From Antechinus flavipes (taxonomy: Eukaryota), in contig NC_067399.1 of the NCBI RefSeq assembly GCF_016432865.1, forward strand, positions 580,568,001-580,632,000: a DNA stretch of 64,000 nt. The letters run 5' to 3'. Position 1 is the stretch's first letter. Each line of letters opens with the position of its first letter. A program made the translations under genes and the position numbers. Below, piece by piece: positions 45,746-58,881 of this stretch. The notes beneath the pieces are model-generated. The model had not been told where the DNA came from. It made no database searches and saw only the letters and a list, made by a program, of their open reading frames with translations.

Positions 45746-47199
45746 TACACCCCAAGTAAACCTAGGCAGTATGTGCAATGTTCCACATACATGGTTTCCA
45801 ACATCCATAAAGAAGGGAATTAGGTGCATTATTTTTCCATCTCTTCTCCAGGGTCATCATGGTCATTATAATTACACAGCATTCAGAGTTGGTTTTTCAG
45901 GTTTCAAGTTTTCAGGTTTTCAGGTTTGGTATTTCTTTCCATTTGCATTGTTTATACTGTTTCCCTTGTTCTGCCTACTTCACTCTGCAAAATATCATTT
46001 AAGCCTTTCCTTAATCCTTTTAAAAAATAAATTGATAGCTTTTGTTTCACATTGCCTTTACTTCCTCTGAATCTCTCTTCCTTACCTCTGCTAAAGAGTC
46101 ATCCTATATAACAAATTTCTTAAAGGAAGAGGAAGAATAAAAAAATCACAAAACAAATTAATATTCTAAAATAATCTGACAACATATTAAATTTTCCAGA
46201 TCAAGGAACCCACCCTTTCCTCAAAGGAATGTATGCGTGGGAAGTATCTTATCATATCTGTTCTTTGGGACTAAAAATGTTCATTGTGATTTTATAATAT
46301 CCATTTTAAACTTTGTGGTGCTTGATTGATGTCGTTATACAGATGTTGTTAGAGTGTACATTGCCTTCTTTGCTTTGCGTATTTCACTTGGCATCAGTTT
46401 CTTGTGGTTCTTTGCAGTCATCACATTGCCATTTCTTTTTGTTGTTATCATTTCATGACAGAACCATTGTGATCCCATTTGGGATTTTCTTGATAATGAC
46501 ATTGAAGTGGTTTCCATTTTTCAGCTCATTTTATAGAAGAAGAAACTGAAGCAAATGGGATTACGATGCTCATACAACTAGTAATTGTTTGATGCCATCT
46601 TTGAACTCAAGAAGAGGAGTCTCCCGGGAGTCACCAAGCCAGACATTCTATCCAGAGCGCCACTTTGTTGCCCTTGTAATTTCTAACAACACAGTAATTA
46701 TTTCACTTCATTCATGTACCACAGTTCACTTAGCCATTGATGAATCTACCTTATTCAGTTTTTTGCCACCACAAATATTTTATTGTATATAGGTCCTTTC
46801 TTTATGTCTTTGACTTCCTTGGGGTATATATGTCTAGCAGTGAGATGTCTGGATCAAAAGGCATGCACATTTGAGTAATTTATTTTGTTTTGAAAGCCTA
46901 ATCCCAAATTGTTTCCCTGATGGGTGGATCGATTTACGGCTCGGTCGGCAATTGATTATTGTGGTTGTCTCGCCCAAGACCCTCCTACAAGGGCTGGGAG
47001 CTCTAGTAATTTACTCATGTATACTAGAAGAAGGGATGCCTTAGTCTTAAGAGTTTGGGATAGGATCTAGTGGGGTCCCCTGCCTTTCCTGCAGCAGTTG
47101 CATCCTCAGGGAGACGTGTTGTCCAAGCCTCAGGTACTGCAGAGCAAGTCAAAAAAGACATATAGACCCAAGAAACTGCCGCACATCTCCTTCACGTAC

Positions 47200-47760
47200 C
47201 ACGTCACCTAGGGCAAGAGTCCATATTAAAGATGGCGGCGCTAGCGACAACTTGACCAGTCACCTGCCCCAATGTGCGATTCGAGGGGGACGGGACCGAG
47301 GTGGCGCTGAGCCAATGATGAGCCAAGGATGGGCGGGATTTTCGGAGAGGGGGCGGGGAAAGGATGTGCTGCGCGCAGGCGCTGTGTCCCTGCAGCTCCT
47401 GGTTGTCTCGGAGCTCTCGCAGTAGATTGGCATCGATCGCAGAGGTGAGCTCAAGAATTGATGGGACCGCGGCGGGGTCGGGCCGGGGTGCCTTGGCTCT
47501 GAGTTCCGGGCTCCGGCCGCTCTGGAAGGGCATGCTCCGGGGGCCACCTCACGAGAACACGGGGAGCGAACGCTCGGAAGTGGAGGCGGGAGGCTGGGAG
47601 GGGGGCTCCCCTGATGGCGGAGGAGCTGGCAGTCAGCGGTGCTCGGGCTTCGAGGGGAATCGGCCTGGACGCAGGACGCGGCTCTTGGGCTGGGGGATGC
47701 AGCCCCTTCTGGACGGAGTTTGTTTGGGGGGCCGTGCGGGACCAGAGGGGCGACCCTTAA
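47200..47760 (+). promoter_or_regulatory. MFSD13A: MFSD13A CpG-island promoter and non-coding exon 1 (donor at 47444/47445)
   Basis: YY1 AAGATGGCGGC at 47229-47239, CCAAT boxes, GC box, NRF1-like GCGCAGGCGC at 47373-47382, donor GAG|GTGAGC. Confidence 0.7.
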
Positions 47761-48114
47761 CCTCTCTTGTCTTCCACTTCTTCATTCGTAAAGTGAGGAG
47801 GATAACACTTCTGCTGCTCCTCTCGCAGCCCACCACTGCCTCCTTTGAAGTTATGATCAATTTTAGGAACGAATTAGGGAGAAGAGCAGCCTCAAGTAAA
47901 GAGGGCTGAAGTGAATGGGAATTGTTCCCCAGACAAGTGAGAACCTCAATGGGCTAGTGTTCCTGAGGTTGGAGGAAGCAGAGGAATATTGATTTGGGGG
48001 GGGGGGGAGGGAGGAGGAGAGTCCTGGAAACCCACCTGACGCCACCTCAATTGCTGTCTTGGGGAGTGGGAAGGGAAGGTCTCTCTCCTGCCTGAACGGA
48101 TTCGATCGTGCTGT

Positions 48115-48500
48115 CTGTCCCCGTCTCTCTCCTCTTACCCTCTGTCTCTCTTTTTCCTTCTGTCTCTCCTCTCTCATTCTATTATCTCTTTTCCTTCTGT
48201 CTCTGTCTCTGTATCTTTCTTTCCTTCTGTCTGACTCTCCTTTCACTCTGTCTCTCTCTTTTCCTTCTGTCTTTGACCCTCTCCTCTCATCCTGTTTCTT
48301 TTTCCTTCTGTCTCTCTCTTTCTCTTATCTCTTTTCCTTCTGTCTCTGCATCTCTCTTTCCTTCTGTCTCTGACTCTCCTCTCACTGTCTCTCTTTTTCC
48401 TTCTCTCTGTCTCTGTCTCTGCCTCCTCTCATTGTCTTTTTTTCCCTTCTCTGTTTCTGTCTGTCTCTCAGCCTCTGTTTTTGTCTGTCAGTCTCTCCTA
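48115..48500. repeat. Polypyrimidine minisatellite-like tract (recurring TTTCCTTCTGTCT)
   Basis: About 390 nt that are almost purely C/T on the plus strand, with a recurring 13-mer. Confidence 0.9.
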
Positions 48501-50108
48501 TGTATGTATTCCCCTAGTACAAGTTTCTACCCCCAGAATCATGAAAACATCTCCTTGTATTCATCCTCAGGGATAGGAGAAGGGTCATGGGATGAAGACA
48601 GCCTGAAGTTCTTGGAGCTGGCTGGGGAAACCTAAAGCAACTACCAAACCCCAGGTTGGTGTGGAGTCTTGCTATGCTTGTGTGAAATTTTTACTTCTTT
48701 GAGAAGCACAATTCAGTTCAACAGATGTTTATTAAGTATCTTTTATGCTCCAGGCACTCAGGGGGCTCTGAATTCTGAGAAACTGGTCCTGCCCACAAAG
48801 ATCTTATATTCTATTAGGGAGAAACAATTTACTCATAAAAGAGAGAAGAGAATAAACAGTTATATAGACTATATTATAGAGAACATATATACTATATACC
48901 ACAATAACTCTCTGCAGTAAGTGTTTTTTCCTTAATTGGAGAAATTGAGGCAACCACAGGTTAAGTGACATCACTCCAGGGTCACATTACTAGTAACTGC
49001 CTGAGATTGAATGTGAATTCAGGACTTGCTGACTCCAGGCTCTATCCACTGTTCCACCTAGCTGCCTCAGAAATAAATATAAAACATTCACAAAGCACAT
49101 ACAAAATAATTTGGAGAGGTAGGGTGAGATGAATTAGATATGGGGCCCTTAGTATAGGTTTCCTGGAGGAGGAGGCACTGGAATTGAGGCCTTGAAGAGA
49201 AGCAGGATTTTAGGAGGCAGAGGCACAAACATGGGGAGACAACTTATGGAAAAATCAGAGATGGAATGTTGGGTCTTGGAGAAGTGTCCAGGAAAGGGGA
49301 CATAAGAGCTTTTCCTGTTGTATTAAGCTGTTCCATTAAACAAAGCAAATCCCAAGACATTTTCTTCATCCCCCATACTCTAGTCTACTCAGGAAAGGGT
49401 GCCAGGATGCTGTCTCTTCAAATATTTCCTGCTTCCTTATAATCATTCTTATTTGAAGGTGGAGCTTGGGTGTCTGCCAGATCATTAAGAAGATTCTTTG
49501 TTGGTGGAATTGGTAGGAATGCTAAAGTGAATGATTCCACCCAGTTTTTCCTGTCTCCCTCTTAGGTTGGGAGGTACCTGAAAGGTGAGAGATTGAGATT
49601 GAGGTAGAATTGGGTTGGGCCTTTTATAAACAAAACCACTTGAGCTTTGTGCCTTCTTTACTTGTAGCTATTGTTTTCCTCAATTCCTTCCTACATTTAA
49701 TTTTTCTTTGAAAGGAGGCTGTGGCTATTGGAAAGAATTTTGGATTTGGAGCTCTGGATTTGAATCCTGACTTTGCCCCTAACTCCTTAGATTTTCAGTT
49801 TCCTTAGCTGGCTTTGCCCCTAATTCCCTTGATCCTTCAGTTTCCTTAGCAGTCAGGATAGATGACAAGGAAGGTTCTTTCAGCTCTGGTCCCATCCTCT
49901 TCTGACACTTGATTGGATAAAAAAATCAGAGGAGAATAAAATCTATGGTTGGGAGGAAGGGTTTTTAACCAAACAAGAGGTCAAGGCCATGGGAACACAT
50001 AGAAACATAAACAGAATGAATACAAGGTAATTAGGTCAGACTTTCTTTCTTCCTTTTTTTTTTTTTTTGAGTTACAAACCATTTATAAGTATAGAAGTTG
50101 GAATAATA

Positions 50109-50480
50109 TTTTTATAATAATAGCTTTTTATTTTTCAAAATAATGCAAAGATAATTTTCAATATTCACTCTTACAAAATCTTGTATTCCAAATTTTTCTC
50201 CCTCCCTCCCCAACATCCCCCTCCCCAAATAGCAAGTAATCCAATATTGGTTAAATATGTGCAATTCTTCTAAACGCATTTCTACATTTATCATACTGCT
50301 CAGGAAAAATTAGATCAAAAAGGAAAAAAGTGAGAGACCCAAAAAAAAAAAAAAAAGGAAACAACAATAAAGATGAAAATACCATACTGTGCTCCACATT
50401 CAGTCCCCATCCTCTCTGTACACAGATGGTTCTCTTTATCACAAGTCTATTGGAATTAGGCCAGACTTTCTGGGATGATC
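50109..50480 (-). mobile_element. L1 3' UTR fragment
   Basis: Reverse marsupial L1 3' UTR (ccaaatttttctccctccctcccc...agcaagtaatccaata). Confidence 0.75.
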
Positions 50481-51503
50481 CTTGAGCAATGTCCTGAAAG
50501 AAGTGAGCTAGAGCTGAGCAGGAAGTGCATGGGAGATGGAGTGCCATGTGAACAGTGAAATTCTTTTTGGCTAAACTGTAAAATTTGGGAAGGGAAGTAA
50601 TAAACAATGACTTTGAAAAGGCAAGGCCAAGTCGTGAAGGTCTTTAGAAGTTACATTTGTTTTTGTTCAGTCGTGTCCAACTCTTTGGTTTTGCATTTCC
50701 TTCTCCAACTCTTTTTAGAGATGAGGAAGCTGAGGCAAGCAAGGCAGGGTCACACAGTGAGTGTCTGAGGCCTAATTTGGGCTCATGAAGATGAGACTTA
50801 ACTGACTCCAGGCTTGGTATTCTTTTCCCTGTGCCACCTACCTACCCCTAAAAGTTATAGTTTTGTATTTTATATTTCAAATAGTTTGTGTTTTATCTTG
50901 GAGAAAATAGTAGGCCTCTATTATATTTTTTGAGGAGCTACTAGAATTTGAATAGTAGAATGACAGCAATTAGATTTATGTTTAAAGGAATCACTTTGGC
51001 AGCTTCTTTGGAGGATGAATTGGAATGAGTTGAGATGAGGCTGTGAGATTAGTTAGGAGACTGTTAGAATCTTGGCAAAAGGTAATGAAAGTTTTGAACT
51101 AAGATAGCAGCCATGTTAAGTAAAGTAAAAATAATAGATGGGAGAGATATGGAGGTAAAAATGATATGATTTGGTATCTGATAGAATTTATGGGTGAAGA
51201 GAAATTAAGGTAATGGTTCTGAAGCAGGGAGACTGGAAGACTGAATTTTAAAAAATGTCTCTGCTTATTGTCAAAGAATTTATAATCCAACAGAAAAATT
51301 TATAATCCAACAGGAATGTAAGAATGCTAAGGCTACAATGGCATTAGTTGGATTACTAATCTTGGATGTAAAGCAGGCTTATGGTGGTTTGTACTGACTA
51401 ATTCTGCTTTTTCTTAGGAGCAAGGATGGTGTGGCCCTGGAAAGGGAGTAAGGAAGCAGGTGCACTGGCATCCCTCATCCACTGAGGCCTGGGGCTGTGG
51501 GCC

Positions 51504-54500
51504 ATGGCAGGTCGGCCTCTGGCCTGGCTCTTCAGCCTGCCCACCGCTGTAGTCTATGGTTCATTGTCACTCTTTGTCTCCATTCTACACAATGTGTTTC
51601 TGCTGTACTACGTGGACACATTTGTCTCCGTGTACAAGATTGACAAACTGGCCTTCTGGGTCGGAGAGGTAAGTGTCCCATGAATTCCATAGCAAGCTGG
51701 GTCTGTGATGTAGGACTGGAATTGAGGTCCTCTGACTTCAGAACTGGTTCCTTTTCCACTGGGTCACGTGGCTTCCTATGACTAATCTCTCAAGCACTAT
51801 AGCTGTTCCCAAATCAGGAAGATTATAGCAGACACCCCCTTACAGAATCCTAGGAGCTTGTAACTGGGACTTTAATACTGGGAGCTGGAGAAAACTTGCC
51901 TCCAGATAGACCCTAGAGTGCCCTGGGTACTCCTCCCTTTGACTTGCCTCTCCCTCCCCCAAGCCTGCAGTGACTAGCCAGGCCATGCTGAGTGCTCAGA
52001 CTTAGACTGTATATATTCACAGCCCTTAATTTCCTGCTGGCCCTGAGCAATCAATCTGTGTTAGGACATTGCTATCAGTATAATGGTTCTTTCTTTTCCC
52101 TGTTTACAGACAGTGTTTCTCCTTTGGAACAGCCTCAATGACCCACTCTTTGGCTGGCTCAGTGACCGTGTCTTCCTCAGCTCCTCACCCAGGTGTGTGG
52201 CTTAGGGATGGATGGCTGTCAGAACTTGAAGTGGTTTTATTGATGAAATAGTCCAAATCCTTCATTTTACAGATGGGGAAACTGAGGCCTGGAAACAGGA
52301 AATAAAGGGACTTACCAAGATCACACAATTTAGTGGCTGAATTTCTATGGCTTCCTGTACAGGGTTTTCTCCACTATTCTGTGTTGCCTCAGTTTTTATT
52401 ACCTTTTGAGATCACCCTCTTGCCTAGGGGTGAGGGTCCCTTCTGTATTACTTGGAGTCAGAGGTACTAGAGGTGGGCTCCTAATCCTGAATGCTGTCTT
52501 TTCCTCCTGTTACCAATATGAATCTGGGGGAGGGAGAACAAAGGCAGGAAGGGCCCTATCTAACTGGTTAGTTCCTCTAGTCTCCAGACTAGATGATTCT
52601 TCCCCGTTTCCTTCCCTAATCACTTCCTGCAGGAGCAGGAGTAGAGAGTGGATTCTCTAAGTGGGAAAGCCTGGAAGGATTTGAGAAGGATCTGGGCCTC
52701 TGGTTTAGGGGATGGCTTATGGGGCTGAGACCTTCCCAGGGTCCCCGAGCCTCCGTGTTCCTTCTGTAAATGGAAGTTCAGTAAATTGTTCCCAGATTTA
52801 CATGAGGCAAAGGGGAGGAGATGTGGGCACACTGTGTGGGGATGAGTCTCCTGATTCCTTCCTCTGGTCCTTTTGCAGGGCAGGAGCTTCAATCCCAACC
52901 CAGGATGTGGTTCTGAGCAGGCTCCGGGCTCTCAGCCGGCATGGCCCATTGCTGGCTCTCGCCTTCCTGGCATTCTGGGTGCGGTGGGCACCTACGGGGA
53001 TGCAGTTCTTGCTCTGTTTGTGTCTCTATGATGGCTTCCTGACCCTGGTGGACCTCAATCACCATGCTTTGCTGGCTGACCTGGCTCTGTCTGCTCATGG
53101 CCGAACACACCTCAATTTCTACTGCTCTCTCTTTAGCGCAGCGGGCTCCCTCTCAGTCTTTGCCTCCTACACTGTGTGGAACAAGGAAGATTTTTCTTCC
53201 TTTCGTGCCTTCTGCGTGGTTCTGGCTGTCTTCTCTGGGCTTGGCTTTACTGGAGCCACATGGCTCCTAAGGCAGCGATTTGAGACAGAAGGGAAGACAC
53301 TGGGGGCCCTGCATTCAGCCTCAGAAGGGTAAGTGGTCCATTGTATTCCTAGCTCCCCTTTGATTCTCCACACATTTGTTCTGGGAATACAGAAACAAGT
53401 GACTTTGTGGAGTTTATATGCAACTGGGGAGGGATCTTATGGACTCAGGGAAGTGTTATGTAAGGTAAATTGAGATAAAAGAGTTAACTGACAGAAGGCT
53501 TCCCAGAAGAAGCAGCATCTGAGCTGAGCTTGAGGTGAGAGAAGGATGCTGAGAGATGGGGCTGAGAAGGAGGCAGAAATGGGCAGTAGCTTGTCTCTGA
53601 GGTTCCTGGCTCTATGACCTGCATTTTTTTTTCTTTTCTCCAATTGCCTTATCATTTCTGTTTCTTGATATGTTTTAGTGTTAAAGACACATTCATTTCC
53701 AAACCTATCCCTCCCCACCTCTCATATTCATTGGGCTAGCTTCTATAAATAAAGACGGGGAAAGTCCATCGGCATGGTAACTCTTTGACAGACTCAGAGT
53801 TCCCCACTTCAGTAATGAAGGGGAAAGAGATGCCTTTGTTCAGATCTTCTCTGGGCCAAACAAAGTCCTTATGATACACAGCATTCATTTTTGTTTTATC
53901 TTTATCTCAATTGTAGATTATATTTCTCTGGCTCTTCTATATGTCTTCCTCTGTTTTTCTAAACTCACATGTGTCATTCCACGGTAACATTCCCTGATAT
54001 TAATGTAGTTTGTTTAGCCATTCCTTACTCTATGGTTTTTGTTGTTCAGTCATTTTAGTCATGTATGATTCTTTATGGCCCCATCGGGGGTTTTCTTGGC
54101 AAAGATAGTGGCGTGGTTTGCCATTTCCTTCTCCAGCTCCAGGTTTTACTGATGAGGCAAAGTGACTTGCCCAGGATCATACCGCTAGTAAGTGTTTGAC
54201 CCAGATTTGAGCTCAGGAACTCTATCCCTTGCATCACTTGGCTGCCCACTTGTTGATCCACTGCATGCCCAATTCTTGGCTCTCAAAAAGGTTTTGCTAT
54301 TATTGCAAAAATCTTGCAAATATTTTTTAAACATAGGGCCCTTCATTCTGTCTTTGATTTCTCATTTGGGGGTTAGGAGTGGGAGTGGGTTTATCTTTAG
54401 CAGTGGCATCTTTGGATCAAAGGGTATGAGAATTTTTAGTCGCTTTTTTAAAAGCGAAATTCCCTAATGCTTTCCAATTCACAGCAGCTCTAACAGTGAA

Positions 54501-57500
54501 TTCCTATGCCTGCTTTTCTGCAGCCCCTTGCACACTGATTATTTCCAATTTTTGTCATCTTTGCCAATTTGCTGGATATGAGATAAAACCTCAGTTGTTT
54601 TGATGTGCGTTTCTCTTACTTAGAGATTTGGAGGAATCTTTCATGGGTAAGAGCCTGCCATTCTTTGAAGAGCTGCTCGTTCAGGCCCTTTGCCCACTCC
54701 GCACAGTGGCCTGACTTCTAATTCTCTCTCCCTGACCGGGCCGGAAGGGCCCAGAAGACTAGAAGGGAAGAATTAGGAGATGACAGGGCAGGGCCAGGAA
54801 GGGAAGGCAGAAAAGGAGAGGAAGCCGGGGAGCTCTGGGGATCAGGTGTGGGAGGAGAGCTGCAGCAGCCTGGGCCGTCTGTCTCTGTCTCTAAAGCCCA
54901 GATGGGGAAAAACCATCCACCAATGAGGAGGAAAAGAGGGTCACTCTGGGCGAGTACCTCCAGCAGCTGGCACGCCACCGAAACTTCCTCTGGTTCGTAG
55001 GCATGAACTTGGTGCAGGTATGGGCGTTGTTCTTGTCCTCCTCTCCATGTCCCCTTCCCAGTGCGAGAACCGTGTCCACAGCTGGGGTTGTGGAGCCTAA
55101 GAAAGGGTGGGCTCCCTGTGGGGAGAGCCCTGCAGCGTAAGATCCAGATGGGTAGATGAGAAGCCCTGGGATGGGCGGAGATTGCATTTGTGGGTAGAAG
55201 ACTTGGTTTCAAATACCTCTGCTTACCCATAATCTCTGTATCACCCGTATCAGCTTTGGGCTTCAGTGTTTTGTGGCCTTCATTTTGTGGCCATATCAGT
55301 TCATGTGGCCTTTGAGGTAGTTGGTCTTCATGATCTTTAAAACCTTTTCCAGCTCTGAGTTTTATAACGTGGCTTTCCCCATGTTGTAGAAAATAAAGAG
55401 CATGGTCTGAGAGCCAGCAGCCCCTCTAGCTTACTCTGTACTTAATGAGACCTCAGTTTCCCTTTCTATTAAAAGAAGAGGTCCAAATAGTCTGGAATAG
55501 ACATACTACTTAGTGGTTTGACAATATTTCAACTGCCCAGGAATCTGTGCCAGAGACTCCATTTATGAAAAAGGGGTTCTAGGTCAGGCCACCTGGGGAA
55601 AAAGGGAAGCCCAACTCACCCAGCTTCCCCACCCGCAAGCGAGCTCACAGCGTCCCTGCTGGAGTTGGAATTGAATTTTATCCACAATCCCACCAGTGTC
55701 TTAGCTCGTGACAGTGCAAGCTGGGAAGTCACATTTGAAAATACTGGTATTATTTTACATTGTTCCACTAAAATGCATGTCCTTTAATAAAAACTAGCTG
55801 CAACCGTGTGACTCTTTTTCACTTTTGTGACTATTCAGCATGATTAGTCAGTAGAAAATAGGATAGTTTTCTGTGATTTCCAGAATTTCCCATCTGTTGT
55901 GGGAAGAGGATGCTCCACACAAATTTAAACCTTTTTCTTAGAGATGATAGTAGTCGACCAAAACTGTTTTGCCCTTTAATTGGCCCATTTTACAAAACAG
56001 TGGTCTTTGCTCCCAAAATCTGCCCACTGCCCACGGTGACCAGCTCGGGGCTCCTCAGGGGCCTGCCTCTGCTGAGGGAGACTGCCCAGCAGTCTCCCTT
56101 TGCAGCTCCCTTCCTCATGGCTGCTGTTGGATCCCAGGTCTTCCACTGCCACTTCAACAGCAACTTCTTCCCTCTCTTCCTGGAGCACTTGCTGTCAGAC
56201 CAGATCTCCCTCTCCACGGGCTCCTTCCTGCTGGGTGAGTGGGGGTCTGGACCTCTGTGGTGGGGGCGGGGGCGTTCCAGCCACCCTGTGAACCGCGCCA
56301 GCTCCCCAAGCGAGAGGAGGCCCCTTCTGGCGGCAGAGCCTGCACCTCCCTGGTCCTCCCTAACTTGCCTTCTCCGTGGGGAGGGCTCTGGAGGACAGGC
56401 TGGAGCAGGGCTGGCACGGCCGGGGTGGGGCCTTGCTGGAGGCCGGGTCTTCCCTGGTGTTGGCGTTGGGGGGGAGGGGCAGAGTTGCAGGCTTCTGTGG
56501 TCTTGCCCAGAGTGGTTCCTGGGGTTTGTGGGCCTCGAGGCTGGTCTCGGGTGTCTGAAGGCATCGTCGCCCGAGGCTGGGGCAGGAGCACGGGAACCCC
56601 AGCGCTGCTGCCCAGGCCCACCCTGTCCCTCCTCCAGAAGCCTCCGAGCGCCCTCCTGGAGCCAGGGCTGGGGCCTGGCTCCTCCTAACTTGTGCAAGTT
56701 TTCCCCTAGGGGTGTCCTACATTGCTCCTCATCTCAACAACCTCTACTTCCTGGCGCTGTGCCAAAGGTGGGGCGTCTACGCAGTGGTTCGAGGGCTCTT
56801 CCTTCTCAAGCTGGGCCTCAGCCTCCTCATGCTGCTGGCCGGGCCGGACCACCTCCACCTGCTGTGCATCTTCATTGCCAGGTACCCAGGGACCCCTCTG
56901 GTCCCCGCCTTCCCAACCTCTCTGTGACTGGCTGTTCTCTGGTTCCCTTTCCCTCCTGTGCCAGTCCTACCCCCGATCCTCTCCATCCTCACTTCCTCCA
57001 CCTCCTGCCAACTCCAGCCCAAGACCAGCAGATTATTCCGATTCCCCTAATGCCATGGTTTCTACCCATCTGCAGCAACCGTGTGTTCACGGAGGGCACC
57101 TGCAAGCTGCTGACCCTGGTGGTCACAGACCTGGTGGATGAAGACCTGGTGCTGAACCGTCGGAAGCAGGCCGCTTCAGCCCTTCTCTTCGGGATGGTGG
57201 CCCTGGTGACCAAGCCTGGCCAGACCTTTGCCCCCCTGCTGGGCACTTGGCTGCTTTGCTTCTATACTGGTGAGTGCCCTCCCCTCGAGGAGGGAGGTGG
57301 GTGGAGCGCCCTCAGAGGCTAGTGGCTCTAGTCCCAGCCAGCTGTTCCTCGGCCCCTGGACTAGGTGGGGATGAGCCTCTATGGGGAGGGAATAGCGTTG
57401 GCTGGGTGCCATCTGCCTTGTCCCTCCTTAGAGACTGAGCAGGATCTTCAGGGGAGGACAGTTTGACTTGCCTTTTCCTTTTCCTTATTCTAGGCCATGA

Positions 57501-57750
57501 CCTTTTCCAGCAGCCCTTGCTGACTCCGGTGGGCAGTGCAAGGCCTTGGTTGGACCCCCCTGCCCCACCGCGGGCATCCACTTTACGCCAGGGATGCTTC
57601 TACTTGCTAGTGCTGGTGCCCATCATGTGTGCGCTGCTGCAGCTGATTACTTGGTCCCAGTTCACCTTGCATGGGAGACGCCTGCACATGGTCAAAGCCC
57701 AACGCCAGAGTCTGTCTAAGCCCTGGGCTTTGGACATTAAGACTGTGTGA
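51504..57750 (+). CDS. MFSD13A: Major facilitator superfamily domain-containing 13A / TMEM180 (512 aa)
   Basis: Exons 51504-51668, 52110-52192, 52879-53328, 54897-55017, 56138-56234, 56710-56881, 57076-57269, 57494-57750 total 1539 nt in frame. Motifs [47 protein letters not shown]. Confidence 0.96.
54035..54255 (-). mobile_element. MAR1-type SINE
   Basis: gttgttcagtcatttt...ggggttttcttggcaaagatagtggcgtggtttgccatttccttctccag. Confidence 0.75.
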
Positions 57751-58875
57751 GGGACCTCCAGGGAAGGCAGACTAGGGTGCTGTTTGCCCAGCTACTTTCT
57801 TAACCTAGCCAGGAGCTGGGAGTCTCCTCACCCAGGCTCTTCTCTGGCTTTGTTTCTCAGGTACAACAGGAAGTAACATGGCTGGGGAATGGATCTCCAG
57901 GGTTTTCCTTTGGACCCAGATGCAGAGGTCATAGTTTGCCAGGCTTCCTCTCATCACTCTCTCAACAATTGACTCAGGGCAAAGGCTATGAAGTGGGTTC
58001 TCAGGATGTGGTTCTGGGCTGCTTTAAGCAGCTGAAAAGAACCAGGAATCGGGTAGGGCCGAGTTGGGGAGGGGCACACCGCTCACCCCCAAGTCAGTGC
58101 TCTCTGATTTGTGCCTAACACAGGTATTAATGAAGCTCTTCATTTCCCTCTGCACAAAGAGGGCAGCAGAGAGGGCTGCCTTTTCAGAAGCTTGGGATGG
58201 CCCTGACTACCTGGGCAGAGGCTTATGGAGAGGACCTGTTCTCCATAAATAAGGGTGGTCATTGGACCTACATGACTCCCAGAGGTTGGCCTATGCTGGA
58301 AGGTCAAGGTGGTGGCACTCTGTGGGTGCCTCACTTCCCCAAACTCTTTTTGTCATTTCAAATTCTTTGTACTTCACTTGCCCCAGAAATGGATTCATTT
58401 CCCAGGGACTCATTAAAGCCAGTAAATCACTTTTGCTCCTTAGACTTTTTGTCAGGGCAGGGGTTTATTGCGATTGGCTTCTGCATGAAGAATCGGTCCA
58501 GGTGGCTCAAAGCTGAGGGTGTCACAGCACATGTAGAAGACTGAACACCAGCCAGAGCAGAGGGAGGACTCAGGAGCTAGGAGTGTGAGAAGCCTGAGCC
58601 CAAAGTAGGGCAGTGCAGAGTCCTAGGTTTGACAGAGATTAGAAATCTTGATCTTTCCTCCTGTCCCGGCCTCTTAGTAGCAGACAAACGAATGAGGAGG
58701 TCTCAAGATGAGCCCAAGACAGATGGCAGCACTAATCTAGGTCCGAGGTAGCACCACTCACTTGTGACTGGAAGGGAGCTGGCCAGCTGACCTCTAGTCC
58801 AAGGAGCAATAGTTCCCTCATCTTGTGTGTTGTTGACTGTAGAGAACACCAGGCATCAAGTATCTATGGAACAAC

Positions 58876-58881
58876 TTTATT
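58876..58881 (-). terminator. Candidate distal poly(A) signal of ACTR1A
   Basis: AATAAA on the minus strand about 2.1 kb past the ACTR1A stop. An alternative ATTAAA lies at 60080-60075. Confidence 0.55.

Noticed and set aside
47204-47909. Several ORFs in the MFSD13A CpG island
   Set aside because: Expected stop-poor frames in GC-rich promoter DNA, with no known motifs.
51681-51692. 12-nt identity (TGAATTCCATAG) to mature miR-146b in MFSD13A intron
   Set aside because: Same sense as the miRNA, lacks the seed and has no hairpin partner, so it is a chance match.
55990-56697. 235-aa minus-strand ORF in MFSD13A intron 5
   Set aside because: GC-rich antisense frame of low complexity with no promoter or splice support.
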